Shown: positions 8,315 to 18,055 of the stretch, piece by piece
Layout: each line of letters opens with the position of its first letter
How positions within the stretch are numbered: position 1 is the first letter of the stretch
Origin: Patescibacteria group bacterium
Lineage (GTDB): Bacteria; Patescibacteriota; JAQUNI01
Length of the DNA: 64,000 nucleotides
Assembly (NCBI GenBank): GCA_028717685.1
Contig: JAQUNI010000003.1
Span: 311-64,310, forward strand
Direction of reading: 5' to 3'
Translations under genes and position numbers: made by a program
Notes under the pieces: model-generated
Told to the model about the DNA's origin: nothing
What the model saw: the letters and a program-made list of their open reading frames with translations, nothing else
The model's database searches: none

Positions 8315-9670
8315 TTAAGGTAAATATTGAAGCGGATTTGTCGCCTCCCAGTGTGTGTAAGTTTGTCCGCTTGCGCTGTCAATTTCGTCTGTGCCAATAT
8401 GGACTTCAAAATGGAGATGAGGACCGGTGGTAAAATAACCAGCGCCGGGCGTACCTGGTGTAGCGCCAGTATAGCCAATAATCTGCCCTGCCTTTACAAA
8501 ATCCCCTTCTTGGACTGCAAAGGCGGAAACATGGCCATAACGGGTTTGTAATTTTTCAGTGTGAATTAGGGTAATATAATTGTAGCCATAACCGGCATCG
8601 CGCGTACGCGCGACATATCCCGCGGCAGGAGCATAGATCGGTGTACCTTGGGGACAGGCGATATCAATGGCATTATGCTCAAAATAACGACGGTAAGGAT
8701 AAGAGGGGTCATGGAAGGTGGAGGTAATGCGGCGGTAAGGGATAGGCCAAGTAAGAATCGCATTCAAGTTCTGCGCTCCCTCCTGCAAGGTGGCGATCTT
8801 CTTCCTTACTTCTTCTTTTAAGGTAACTACTTCCTGGTTCAAAGCTCTTTGAGCCGCCGCCGCTTTTTCCAGAAGAGCTTCATATTTTTCCTCATTCTCT
8901 TGCGTCTGGGAGAGGATTTCTTTTTTAGCCGTCTTTTCCTCGGCGAGCACCTGTTGTTTATTTTCCAACTCTTTTCTTCTATCAGTGAGTTCCGCTACCT
9001 TGTTTTCCGTCATCTTCTTGTCTGCCTCTAGATTTGCCTGAAGGTCACTAAGCTTATCTCGTTTTTGTTTCAAAATGTCGTTGATTGTACTGGTATCCTC
9101 TACTGTCTTTTCATATTCAGCCCAACTGTTGTATTTAATAATTACTTTAAAAAATTGAATAATGATATCAATAATACCGCGGCTTTCTGCTTCCTCGCTT
9201 CCCAGATAGTCCTCATCTAGACTATTAATTTCTTGGAGAATTGTTTCAATTTCTTCTAGCTTTTTATCAATCTCTTTTTGGGTAAGGTTGATATCTAGAG
9301 CCAGTTTTTTAATTTCCAGCTCTTTCTGTTGGATTTCGCTATTAAGAAGGTTGACTTCATCTTCGGTTTTATTAATTTGGCTGTCCAGAATGTTGATATG
9401 CCCTTTCAAGGTGGCGGCTTTGTTTTGGAGATTATCAACTTCTTTTTCATAAGCAGCAATTTTATCTTGGATTTCGTCAATTTGACCGGCTTTGTCTTGA
9501 ATCTGATTTTGGAGATCAAGGATGCTCGCTTTCTCCTCTTCAGAATTATCTTGGGCTCGGATAGGCTTAAGGGAAACAGAGTTAACAGCTAAAAGTATTA
9601 TCAAAAATAATATTACTTTCCGTTTTATCGCCGCAACAAAAATTTTCAATTTGCAATTTTTAATTTTCAT
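8315..9670 (-). CDS. Coiled-coil M23 family peptidoglycan endopeptidase
   Basis: Signal/TM segment, long coiled coil, HNAID, YGH, TGPHLHFEV. Start is uncertain because the first codons lie in an AATTTTC repeat tract. Confidence 0.9.
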   Translation of the reverse strand: MKIKNCKLKIFVAAIKRKVILFLIILLAVNSVSLKPIRAQDNSEEEKASILDLQNQIQDKAGQIDEIQDKIAAYEKEVDNLQNKAATLKGHINILDSQINKTEDEVNLLNSEIQQKELEIKKLALDINLTQKEIDKKLEEIETILQEINSLDEDYLGSEEAESRGIIDIIIQFFKVIIKYNSWAEYEKTVEDTSTINDILKQKRDKLSDLQANLEADKKMTENKVAELTDRRKELENKQQVLAEEKTAKKEILSQTQENEEKYEALLEKAAAAQRALNQEVVTLKEEVRKKIATLQEGAQNLNAILTWPIPYRRITSTFHDPSYPYRRYFEHNAIDIACPQGTPIYAPAAGYVARTRDAGYGYNYITLIHTEKLQTRYGHVSAFAVQEGDFVKAGQIIGYTGATPGTPGAGYFTTGPHLHFEVHIGTDEIDSASGQTYTHWEATNPLQYLP

Positions 9671-9733
9671 TAAATTTTTAATGTATTAATTTTCAAACGG
9701 TTTAATAATTATCAAATTAAAAATTTAAAAATT

Positions 9734-11215
9734 TTATTTTAATTTTTCAATGGCTGTATTTATACGGCTTAAGACCTCTTTTTTTCCTAAAACCTCTGCC
9801 ACTTCAAAAGGGCCGGGCGAGGCTTTCTCTCCGGTCAAAGCAACACGCAGGGGCCACAATAATTCCCCTGTTCCGATTTTATGCTTGGTAATTGTTTTTC
9901 TTAAAGTTTTTTCTAAAGATTCCTTTGTGTAATCTTGGTCTTTCAGGGCAGATAATGCCTTTTCTCCTATTTCCAAATTTATTTTTATATCTCTCTGCGG
10001 TGCATTTTTCCAGATTAAAAGTTCAGGATTATAATTCGGTTTTTGGAAGTAAAAATGGCTAAATTCCTGAACTTCATTGAGTTTTTTCAATCTTTCCTGT
10101 ACGGTTTTAATCGCTTTTTCAAGATAAGTTTTTGAATAGGCTTTGAGGTTATACTTCAAGAATTTTCCTTGCAGAATCAGTTGCGTCAGATCCCCGCTTT
10201 TCATCTTGCGGATATAGTAGCCGTTCATATTGTTTAATTTTTCAAGATTAAATACAGCCCCGCTTTTATTCAATCTTTCCAAAGAGAACTCTCTGATTAG
10301 CTCTGCTAGAGTAAAAATCTCGCGGTTATCCTTAGGATTCCAGCCCAAGAAAACCATATAATTAATAAGCGCTTCGGGCAGATAGCCTTCTGCCCTGAAT
10401 TCTTGGACGGCGACTGGAATGACCGCTCCCCCATTCTGCGCTTTGCGCTTACTCATTTTGGAGCGATCCGGATTTAAGATTAAAGGGAGATGGGCATATT
10501 GGGGCGTCCCTAGAGCCAATGCTTTTTGCATTGCGATTTGTTTGGGAGTGTTGGCAATATGGTCTTCGCCGCGGATGACGTGGGAGATTTTCATTGTGTA
10601 ATCATCAATAACGACCGCAAAATTATAAAGGGGTATATCCAAGCCTTTCGCAATCACAAAATCCCCGATGAGCGCGCCGTCAAATTCCAGCTCGCCGCGG
10701 ATTAAATCTTGGAATTTGATTTTTTGGTTCGGCATTTTAAAACGGATTACTGGCTGTCTCCCCTCTTTTTCATATTGTTCAGTTTGCGCAGAGATTAAAT
10801 TATGGCATTTGCCGGAATAACGCGGCGGCTCGCCTTTAGTCTGTTGTAAAAGCCGTTCGTCAGCTAATTCCTTTTCCGTGCAGTAGCAATAATAAGCATT
10901 ACCTTGTTTTAAGAGTTGTTCCAAGTATTTATGATAGATTTTGATTCTTTCCGATTGCCTATAAGGTCCATATTCTCCTTCTTGATCCGGTCCTTCATCA
11001 TATTTAATGCCTAACCATTTTAAATTTTTAATTACATCTTTTTCCCATTTGGGATCGGAACGTTCTATATCTGTGTCTTCTATCCTTAAAATGAATTTTC
11101 CTTGATTTTTTTTTGCAAAAAGATAATTAAAAAGCGCGGATCGCGCTGTGCCGATATGCAAAGGACCGGTGGGGCTTGGAGCAATGCGGACGCGGATTTT
11201 TATTTGATTTTCCAT
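9734..11215 (-). CDS. gltX: Glutamate--tRNA ligase
   Basis: RVRIAPSPTGPLHIGTAR, RIEDTD, RGEDH, KMSKR. Start moved to the ATG at 11215. Confidence 0.95.
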   Translation of the reverse strand: MENQIKIRVRIAPSPTGPLHIGTARSALFNYLFAKKNQGKFILRIEDTDIERSDPKWEKDVIKNLKWLGIKYDEGPDQEGEYGPYRQSERIKIYHKYLEQLLKQGNAYYCYCTEKELADERLLQQTKGEPPRYSGKCHNLISAQTEQYEKEGRQPVIRFKMPNQKIKFQDLIRGELEFDGALIGDFVIAKGLDIPLYNFAVVIDDYTMKISHVIRGEDHIANTPKQIAMQKALALGTPQYAHLPLILNPDRSKMSKRKAQNGGAVIPVAVQEFRAEGYLPEALINYMVFLGWNPKDNREIFTLAELIREFSLERLNKSGAVFNLEKLNNMNGYYIRKMKSGDLTQLILQGKFLKYNLKAYSKTYLEKAIKTVQERLKKLNEVQEFSHFYFQKPNYNPELLIWKNAPQRDIKINLEIGEKALSALKDQDYTKESLEKTLRKTITKHKIGTGELLWPLRVALTGEKASPGPFEVAEVLGKKEVLSRINTAIEKLK

Positions 11216-11290
11216 AATATTTATGCTACTTTGAGGTTGCATTGTTGTGTGGAGTGGTTCCCAATTATTTATAAATAGGAGGTATTTATT

Positions 11291-11764
11291 GTGGACGAAA
11301 TATATACCGAGGCGGATATTCCGGTTTATGATAAGGATGGAAAACGAATAGTGGGTCAAATAGACTTAAAAACTCTAAAAGATGGAAGGGGCGGCTTGAA
11401 TATTAAACAGCTTTTGGCTCTGCATTATTGGGCATCTTGTCACTCTTTAGGCAGAAATCATCCTTATATGGAAGTACTGGAGCAAGAGATTATCCGAAGA
11501 GTGGGTCCCGAGGGAGAAAAGGTTTGGTCTTATGAGGATGTTTTTAATGCCATTGTAGCCGCTGGTCATGATCCAGCAGATGTTACAGAGAAGATTAATA
11601 AGATTATGAAAGATACCAATATTTTAGAAAGCGTAGCCGCCATAATGGTTGCTGAAAGCTTGGAGGTTCATTTGAATGGATTTGTGCTGGTTAATATCGG
11701 TTTAGAGGATAGTCAGGATTTTGGAGTGGAACTGCATGAAGATTGCAGAGTTGATCCTTCTTAA
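11291..11764 (+). CDS. Hypothetical acidic protein (ORFan-like)
   Basis: 157-aa ORF with a strong AGGAGGT site 7 nt before the GTG; fills the gap between gltX and the GT2 gene. Confidence 0.65.
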   Translation: MDEIYTEADIPVYDKDGKRIVGQIDLKTLKDGRGGLNIKQLLALHYWASCHSLGRNHPYMEVLEQEIIRRVGPEGEKVWSYEDVFNAIVAAGHDPADVTEKINKIMKDTNILESVAAIMVAESLEVHLNGFVLVNIGLEDSQDFGVELHEDCRVDPS

Positions 11765-12708
11765 TTCGGATTTATTTTTGTACTTTCCACCCTTTGCCAC
11801 ATTTTCACGAAGGGTGTTTTTTTTATTTTTAGCTCCCAGAAAATGAGCCACCACAGATATATTCTAGCAAAGATTAGAAGGATCGTCCACCAGAATTCTT
11901 GGGGATTTCGGGCGTATTTAAAGATCTGGAAAATCCCCCGGGTCTCCTGGCGAAAGCTACGCATTTCTGTAGGGGTGACCCTTGAGGTCGCCTTGGGGAT
12001 GGCAGGTACAAGACCTGCCCCTACGAGAAGATCCGGCAATTGCACATACCCTCCCGTTGACCTCTTCTTTTGCTTGTTCCAATCTTTAAAATTATCCGGG
12101 TATTTTATGTATACTTTTGCCTCGTGGGTATAGGCAATTTGGTAACCTTTGTGATGAATCAGGCTGGAAATCAAAGCATCATCAGAAAGAGTATTTTCGG
12201 GAATATTTTTGACTAAATTACCGCGCATAGCATAAAGATAGCCAGAACAATCTATATATTTCCCCTCTTTTGCTCTTTGAAGACGAATTTTGTGCGCCAT
12301 TTCTGTTAGAATATAAGCCCAAAAACCAAAAATATTTGACCTGGGATTGATTGAAATTGGCCGTCCGGAAACCGCGCCTATTTTTGGGTTTTTAAATGGT
12401 TTTAAGATTTCCGAAATCGCTTCTTCCCCTATTTCTACATCTCCATCAGTTAAAATTAGGATATCGTTCTTTGCTTCTGAAAAAGCAATATTTAGAGCGG
12501 CAGGCTTCCCTATTCCTTTATCTTTCAATAACTTGACTTGAGGGTTATTTTTGTGGTAATTTAAAGCGATTTCTTGAGTTCCGGGATCTGGAGCGCAAAC
12601 CAAAATTTCAGCGGAGACATTACGCTTGGATAATTGGCGCGTTATGTTTATAAGTTGTTTTTCTAAAGTTTTTGGCTCTTTGTAAGCCGTGATGATTAAA
12701 GTAATCAT
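11761..12708 (-). CDS. Glycosyltransferase family 2 (with in-frame REP insertion)
   Basis: IITAYKE, GKPAALN, LTDGD, SDD, QKKR. Confidence 0.88.
   Translation of the reverse strand: MITLIITAYKEPKTLEKQLINITRQLSKRNVSAEILVCAPDPGTQEIALNYHKNNPQVKLLKDKGIGKPAALNIAFSEAKNDILILTDGDVEIGEEAISEILKPFKNPKIGAVSGRPISINPRSNIFGFWAYILTEMAHKIRLQRAKEGKYIDCSGYLYAMRGNLVKNIPENTLSDDALISSLIHHKGYQIAYTHEAKVYIKYPDNFKDWNKQKKRSTGGYVQLPDLLVGAGLVPAIPKATSRVTPTEMRSFRQETRGIFQIFKYARNPQEFWWTILLIFARIYLWWLIFWELKIKKTPFVKMWQRVESTKINPN
11969..12024. repeat. GTAG-type REP doublet inside the GT2 gene
   Basis: GTAGGGGTGACCCTTGAGGTCGCC...GGCAGGTACAAGACCTGCCCCTAC; translates as VGAGLVPAIPKATSRVTPT. Confidence 0.8.
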
Positions 12709-12726
12709 ATTAAGGGAGGGTATAAA

Positions 12727-13032
12727 ATGGCTGTGCGTTGCGGTAAATTCACAAAAACTGATGGTGTAATCCGGTTATTGCGCTTACTGCAAACACCCCG
12801 GACACTATCAGAAATAGTTGATTTTCTTGATTTAAATCAAAGGACTGTATGGCGGTATTTCAGAGAGTTGAAGCGATCGGGTGTTCCTATTGTCCGTTTT
12901 AAGGAGGATTCTGCGTTTAAATACTCTTTGTATCCTGAAGGCTGGGCATTAAAAAAAGTCATTTTCAAAACACCTGAAGGAGATAAGGCGGTAGATGTTC
13001 AAGATTGCCTTATAGTGCGCTTGCAAGAATAG
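12727..13032 (+). CDS. Small winged HTH protein
   Basis: TLSEIVDFLDLNQRTVWRYFRELKRSG is HTH_11-like; GGGAGG upstream. Confidence 0.65.
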   Translation: MAVRCGKFTKTDGVIRLLRLLQTPRTLSEIVDFLDLNQRTVWRYFRELKRSGVPIVRFKEDSAFKYSLYPEGWALKKVIFKTPEGDKAVDVQDCLIVRLQE

Positions 13033-13547
13033 TGATGGACTACATCATATTTTGCACCCTTTGAGAAGAGGGTGCTTTTTATGAGGGTGATTTCTTCCAG
13101 TTTAAAGGCAGGAAAACGAATATTTTTTTTAACTTTTTTTAGGGGTCTCGTTTTAAGCCTTGCGATGGTGATGTGGGGGGTAAATTTATGGCTTTCGTGG
13201 TAAATAATTTTGGCTTTTCGAAAAGCATTTACTAAATTCTGATGAAGTTTTTGGGATTTTTTGCTAAGCATTTTAATTCCTAAAACAGAGCCAAAACTCT
13301 TTAAATAATGGGGCTTTAAAACAAGGGGGCTGGTTTTTGGAGCCAAATCTTGGAGAATTTGGCTAATTGTAGCTATTTCCTCTAACCTGCGATCCCCTAA
13401 AAAAGCAAGGGTAAGATGTAAATTTTCCGCGTTAATCCAATGAGTTTGAGGAGGAAAAAGCGGAGCAAGCTCTTTTTGGATTCCTTGAATGCGCTTTTTT
13501 ACCTCGTGAGGCAGGATTAAGGCAATGAAAAAACGTGTAACGGGCAT
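12999..13547 (-). CDS. thpR: RNA 2',3'-cyclic phosphodiesterase (2H family)
   Basis: RFFIAL, HLTLAFLG and PHITIAR, the two HxT motifs. Confidence 0.9.
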   Translation of the reverse strand: MPVTRFFIALILPHEVKKRIQGIQKELAPLFPPQTHWINAENLHLTLAFLGDRRLEEIATISQILQDLAPKTSPLVLKPHYLKSFGSVLGIKMLSKKSQKLHQNLVNAFRKAKIIYHESHKFTPHITIARLKTRPLKKVKKNIRFPAFKLEEITLIKSTLFSKGAKYDVVHHYSCKRTIRQS

Positions 13548-13558
13548 ATAATGATTAT

Positions 13559-13589
13559 GTAGAGACGTTGTAGTAATACAACGTCTCTA
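13559..13589. repeat. GTAG-type REP palindrome
   Basis: TAGAGACGTTGTA-GTAA-TACAACGTCTCTA, a perfect 13-bp stem. Confidence 0.8.
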
Positions 13590-13627
13590 ACATACCATAA
13601 AAATCAAAAAAGTGCTAAAATAGAGGT

Positions 13628-14695
13628 ATGCGAGAGGCAATTTTATACAAAAAACTAAAAGACCAAAAGGTGCGCTGTAATGTTTGCAGCCGCCGTTGTG
13701 TAGTTTCCGAAGGTTGCCGTGGCTATTGTGAAACGCGGTTGAATCAGGGAGGCAAGCTCTATACTTTGATTTACGGTTTAGCTTCCTCTGTGTGTATAGA
13801 CCCAATTGAAAAGAAACCCGTGTTTCATTATCAGCCAGGGACTAAGGTGCTATCCCTTGGCGCTTGGGGTTGCAATTTGCGTTGTGTCTTTTGTCAAAAT
13901 TATGACATCACTTATATAAATGGCAATCGTTTAGAAAAAACTGCAGAAAGGGTTTTTGAACAAAAAAATAGTTCAGAAGATATTCCTAAAAAAGGGATAT
14001 TAGAGCCAAAGTTGATTTCTGAAATAGCACGAAAAGAAGGTTGCCAAGGCATTGCTTGGACTTATAATGAACCCACAATTTGGCTGGAATATACTTTAGA
14101 CGCTTCCAAATTTGCTAAGAAGGAGGGGCTTTATACAGTTTATGTTACCAATGGTTATGCCACGCCCGAAGCCCTGGATACCATTGGTCCTTATTTAGAT
14201 GTCTGGCGGGTGGATATTAAAAGTATGGAGGATAAATTCTACCAAGAGATTGCCAAAGTGCCTCGGGTCTCCCCTATCTTAGAGAATACAATCCGCGCTC
14301 AAAAGAAATGGAAAATGCATATTGAAGCGGTGACCAATATAATACCTACACTAAACGATTCGGATACTAATTTGGAAAAAACCGCGAAGTGGATTTGTAA
14401 AAATTTAGGAGAAAAGACCCCTTGGCATATTACTCGTTTTTTCCCTTGTCTGGGCTTAAAGCATCTCCCAATGACACCCATTGAAACCCTAGAGCGCGCC
14501 GAAGAGATTGGTAAAAAAGCAGGCTTAAAATTCGTTTATTTAGGCAATATCGCTGGCCATCCTGGTGAAAATACCATTTGCCCCCGTTGCGGCAATCTTA
14601 TTATTGAACGCGCAGGTTACAAAGTGGATTTGACGGGATTAAATAAGGATGGCAGATGTAAGAAATGCGGAGAGGAACTAAATATTATTATTTGA
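13628..14695 (+). CDS. amrS: AmmeMemoRadiSam system radical SAM enzyme
   Basis: MREAILY, CxxCxxxC, DPIEKKP, GCNLRCVFCQN, TYNEP, C-terminal Zn ribbon. Confidence 0.93.
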   Translation: MREAILYKKLKDQKVRCNVCSRRCVVSEGCRGYCETRLNQGGKLYTLIYGLASSVCIDPIEKKPVFHYQPGTKVLSLGAWGCNLRCVFCQNYDITYINGNRLEKTAERVFEQKNSSEDIPKKGILEPKLISEIARKEGCQGIAWTYNEPTIWLEYTLDASKFAKKEGLYTVYVTNGYATPEALDTIGPYLDVWRVDIKSMEDKFYQEIAKVPRVSPILENTIRAQKKWKMHIEAVTNIIPTLNDSDTNLEKTAKWICKNLGEKTPWHITRFFPCLGLKHLPMTPIETLERAEEIGKKAGLKFVYLGNIAGHPGENTICPRCGNLIIERAGYKVDLTGLNKDGRCKKCGEELNIII

Positions 14696-14705
14696 ATCTA
14701 ATTTC

Positions 14706-15317
14706 ATGCTTTCTTTTGTTTATATTTCCCCTCACCCGCCGCTTTTACTGCCTGCCGTAGGTTCTGCAGAAGATCGGCGGAAGATTCGAAAGACGATCAA
14801 AAATTTAGAATTTTTAGGAGAGAAGTTAAAGAAAATTAAGCCTGACATAATTGTTATTTCTTCTCCTCATTCGGATTGGGGTTTTAATGTTCCTCTGCAT
14901 TTTCTCGCTAATGGTTTTAAAGGCGAGATTAAGCCTTATTTAACGGATATAGAGTCGCCAAAATATTATTTTGAACAGGGCAAGAAGATGTTTAACGCAT
15001 TAGAGAAAAATAAGAAGTATGCCCTGATTGCTTCAGGGGATCTTTCCCATTGCCTTAAAGACGAAGGACCGTATGGATTTCATCCCAATGGTCCCAAATT
15101 TGACCAAGAATTCATTGATTCTTTAAAGAAAAAAGATATTCAAAATCTTTTGACTTTAGATGAAAAATATCCCGATGCCGGAGAGTGCGGTTTGAGATCA
15201 TTTTGTTTTGTTTTGGGTATTCTGGAAGCCTCGGGAATCGGTTGGCAGCCAGAGATTTTGTCTTACGAAGGACCTTTTGGGGTAGGATATTTGGTGGCGG
15301 AGATTAGATTGGAATAA
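14706..15317 (+). CDS. amrB: AmmeMemoRadiSam protein B / LigB-like (short form)
   Basis: PHPP, SPH, ASGDLSH, GECG, YEGPFGVGY; lies between amrS and amrA. Confidence 0.8.
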   Translation: MLSFVYISPHPPLLLPAVGSAEDRRKIRKTIKNLEFLGEKLKKIKPDIIVISSPHSDWGFNVPLHFLANGFKGEIKPYLTDIESPKYYFEQGKKMFNALEKNKKYALIASGDLSHCLKDEGPYGFHPNGPKFDQEFIDSLKKKDIQNLLTLDEKYPDAGECGLRSFCFVLGILEASGIGWQPEILSYEGPFGVGYLVAEIRLE

Positions 15318-15395
15318 GGAATCGTGAATCATGAATATGGAATTATGAATCAGGATTAGCGAAAATTATTTTATTCCCTATTCCAGATTCCAATT
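15312..15395. repeat. Inverted 7-nt tandem arrays, GAATNNN family (also 31729-31805, 44934-45011, 52325-52408; single arms 4641-4762, 25497-25527)
   Basis: GAATAAG GAATCGT GAATCAT GAATATG GAATTAT GAATCAG ... TTATTCC CTATTCC AGATTCC. Confidence 0.85.
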
Positions 15396-15396
15396 T

Positions 15397-15915
15397 ATGA
15401 ACCCTTATTCTTCCTTAGCCAAACAGGCTTTAAAAATTTATCTTGAAACTGGCAAAATTATGAAGGCGCGAAAGAGTATGCCCAGGGCAATGTTAGAGCA
15501 AAAGTCCGGTGTTTTTGTAACTCTTGAAAAAAGCGGGGAACTGCGGGGCTGTATTGGCACATTTTTGCCTGTATATGCTAATATTGCGGAAGAGATTATT
15601 CATAATGCCATTGCCGCGGGCACAGAAGATAATCGTTTTATCCCTATTAATTTGTCGGAGATCGCGGAACTGACGTTCACGGTTTCCCTTTTGTCTGCAC
15701 CAACAAAGGTTCAAGAATTAGAAGATTTGGATCATAAAAAATATGGATTAATCGTGCGCGGCGAGAAGACTGGGCGGAGAGGTCTTCTTCTCCCAGATCT
15801 TCCTGGGATTAACACAGTTGAAAAGCAGGTGATGATTTGTTTGGAAAAAGGAGGGATTGATCCCCAAGCGGAGAAGGTTTCTTTGTATCGTTTTACAGTG
15901 CAGAAATATGGGTGA
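15397..15915 (+). CDS. amrA: AmmeMemoRadiSam protein A (AMMECR1 domain)
   Basis: GVFVTL, LRGCIGT, DNRF, GLLLPD. Confidence 0.92.
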   Translation: MNPYSSLAKQALKIYLETGKIMKARKSMPRAMLEQKSGVFVTLEKSGELRGCIGTFLPVYANIAEEIIHNAIAAGTEDNRFIPINLSEIAELTFTVSLLSAPTKVQELEDLDHKKYGLIVRGEKTGRRGLLLPDLPGINTVEKQVMICLEKGGIDPQAEKVSLYRFTVQKYG

Positions 15916-15981
15916 CGTGTAATTTATAACTCAAGGGGTATATTTTTACGTTACACATTACAAGTTATACGTTATAAGTTT

Positions 15982-17973
15982 ATGAAATATGTTCAAGTAG
16001 TCCCAGTGTCTAATATTCCATTTGGTAAAAATCAATTTTTTACTTATCAAACTTCGGAGGAGAAGATTAAAATTGGTCAAGAAGTAATCGTCCCCTTTCG
16101 CTCGCTCGCTCTCCGGGGAGTAGTTTGGGGATTTACGGAGAAACCTCGATTTAAAACCAAAGAGATAGGCAAAATTGTCAGGTCGGAGATGCTGGAAGTA
16201 TCGGAGATGCTGGAAGCAGAGGAAATTGTTTTAGACAAAAACGCGCGTAAACTTGCCCTTTGGATATCGCAATATTATTACTGTTCTTTAGGTCTTGTAA
16301 TTAAATTAATGCTTCCGCCGCAGGTGAAGAAAGGTAAAGATATTATATTTTCTCGGAAGATTCGGGATGTGAAAGTGAAACTCACAGCGAGCCAAAGTAA
16401 AGTTTTAAAAACAATTTTAAATTCTCGCAAGTCGGTATTTTTACTTCACGGCGTTACTGGGTCAGGCAAGACTGAAATTTATCTGCGACTTTGCAATTAT
16501 ATACTTAATCAAGGAAAACAAGTCATTATTCTCGTTCCGGAAATTTCCTTGACACAGCAAGCCATTGACCGTTTTAGCGCGCGTTTTCCGGGGAAAATTG
16601 CCGTGGTTCACAGCCGTTTAACCAAAGGCGAAAGACTGGGAGCTCGGGAGAGAATTAGAAGCGGGAAAGCGCAGATTATTATTGGACCGCGTTCCGCTGT
16701 TTTCGCGCCAGCGCGGAATTTAGGTTTAATCGTTTTAGACGAAGAGCATGACCCTTCTTTTAAACAGTATGACCAGAATCCCCGCTATCACGCTCGCGCG
16801 GTAGCTTTGGAGTTAGGAAGGCTCACCCATTCTAAAGTGATTTTAGGCAGCGCCACTCCCCTTGTGGAAAGTTATTATGAGGCTATAAAAGGCACCTTTC
16901 AATTATTGGAGTTGCCGCAAAGAATTAACAAAGAAAAGATGCCGGAAGTGGAAATTGTTGATATGAGAGGTGATTTTCAGAAAGGCAACCGCTCTATTTT
17001 GAGTCAAAAAATGAAGGAAGAGTTGAACAGGGTTCTTGTTCAAAAAAAACAAGCCATTCTGTTCGTTAATCGTCGGGGCGCGGCGAGTTTTGTTTTCTGC
17101 CGCGATTGTGGTTTTACTTTAAAATGTCCGCATTGCGATGTTTCTTTAACTTACCATATGAGCGGTTCTTCCCGTCTCCTTTGCCATTATTGCGGTTATA
17201 ATATTTCCCCGCCCGCCTTCTGCCCCAATTGCAAAAGCCCTTATGTGCGATACGGGGGGCTTGGGACAGAAAGAATAGAAGACGAAATTAGGGCTTTTTT
17301 TCCAAAAGCGCGGACCGCGCGTTTTGACCGTGACGCTACCGCGCGCAAAGACGCCCATCAAAACCTTTATTATGATTTTTCAAACCATAAAATCGATATT
17401 TTAATTGGCACCCAAATGCTTGCTCAAGGCTGGGATTTGCCAAAGGTAGCTTTAATTGGTATAATCGCGGCGGATGCAGATCTTAATTTGCCAGACTTTC
17501 GCTCCAGCGAACGCACCTTTCAGCTTTTAACGCAGGTTGCGGGACGCACTGGTCGCGGCAAAGAGCGAGGCAAGGTTATTCTCCAGACCTATAATCCTGA
17601 TATTTTTGTGATTCAAGCATCGGCGCAGCACGATTATAAGCTGTTTTTCAAACAAGAGTTGAAGATGCGCGAGGAGCTTGCCTTTCCGCCTTTTTCTAAA
17701 ATTGTCAAGCTCATTTATCAAAATTACAAAAAGGACAAAGCAGAGAAAGAGAGTTTGCGCTTGGCTAGAATTTTCAGAAATTATATAAAAAGGAACAAGC
17801 TAGCGCTGACTATTTTAGGTCCAGCTCCCACCTTTATTCCCCGCATTCGCAGACGCTACCGTTATCATTTAATTTTAATGTTTCCGCCAGAAGAATGGGC
17901 AAAAAAGTCACAGGTTTTGAGATTAGCGCCCGTGGATTGGATTATTGATGTGGAGCCGGAAAGTTTATTATAA
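15982..17973 (+). CDS. priA: Primosomal protein N' (replication restart helicase)
   Basis: LLHGVTGSGKTEIY, DEEH, four CxxC motifs, QVAGRTGR. Confidence 0.96.
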   Translation: MKYVQVVPVSNIPFGKNQFFTYQTSEEKIKIGQEVIVPFRSLALRGVVWGFTEKPRFKTKEIGKIVRSEMLEVSEMLEAEEIVLDKNARKLALWISQYYYCSLGLVIKLMLPPQVKKGKDIIFSRKIRDVKVKLTASQSKVLKTILNSRKSVFLLHGVTGSGKTEIYLRLCNYILNQGKQVIILVPEISLTQQAIDRFSARFPGKIAVVHSRLTKGERLGARERIRSGKAQIIIGPRSAVFAPARNLGLIVLDEEHDPSFKQYDQNPRYHARAVALELGRLTHSKVILGSATPLVESYYEAIKGTFQLLELPQRINKEKMPEVEIVDMRGDFQKGNRSILSQKMKEELNRVLVQKKQAILFVNRRGAASFVFCRDCGFTLKCPHCDVSLTYHMSGSSRLLCHYCGYNISPPAFCPNCKSPYVRYGGLGTERIEDEIRAFFPKARTARFDRDATARKDAHQNLYYDFSNHKIDILIGTQMLAQGWDLPKVALIGIIAADADLNLPDFRSSERTFQLLTQVAGRTGRGKERGKVILQTYNPDIFVIQASAQHDYKLFFKQELKMREELAFPPFSKIVKLIYQNYKKDKAEKESLRLARIFRNYIKRNKLALTILGPAPTFIPRIRRRYRYHLILMFPPEEWAKKSQVLRLAPVDWIIDVEPESLL

Positions 17974-17975
17974 TT

Positions 17976-18047
17976 CTATTGTTTCATTGTTCTATTGTTC
18001 CATTGTTGAAAAATAAAAATTGGTCAAAGATAATAATTGAACAATAG
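17976..18047. repeat. Inverted 8-nt arrays, ATTGTT/AACAAT family (also 23432-23536, 30668-30752, 62653-62708)
   Basis: CTATTGTT TCATTGTT CTATTGTT CCATTGTT ... AACAATAG. Confidence 0.85.
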
Positions 18048-18055
18048 GACTAAAT

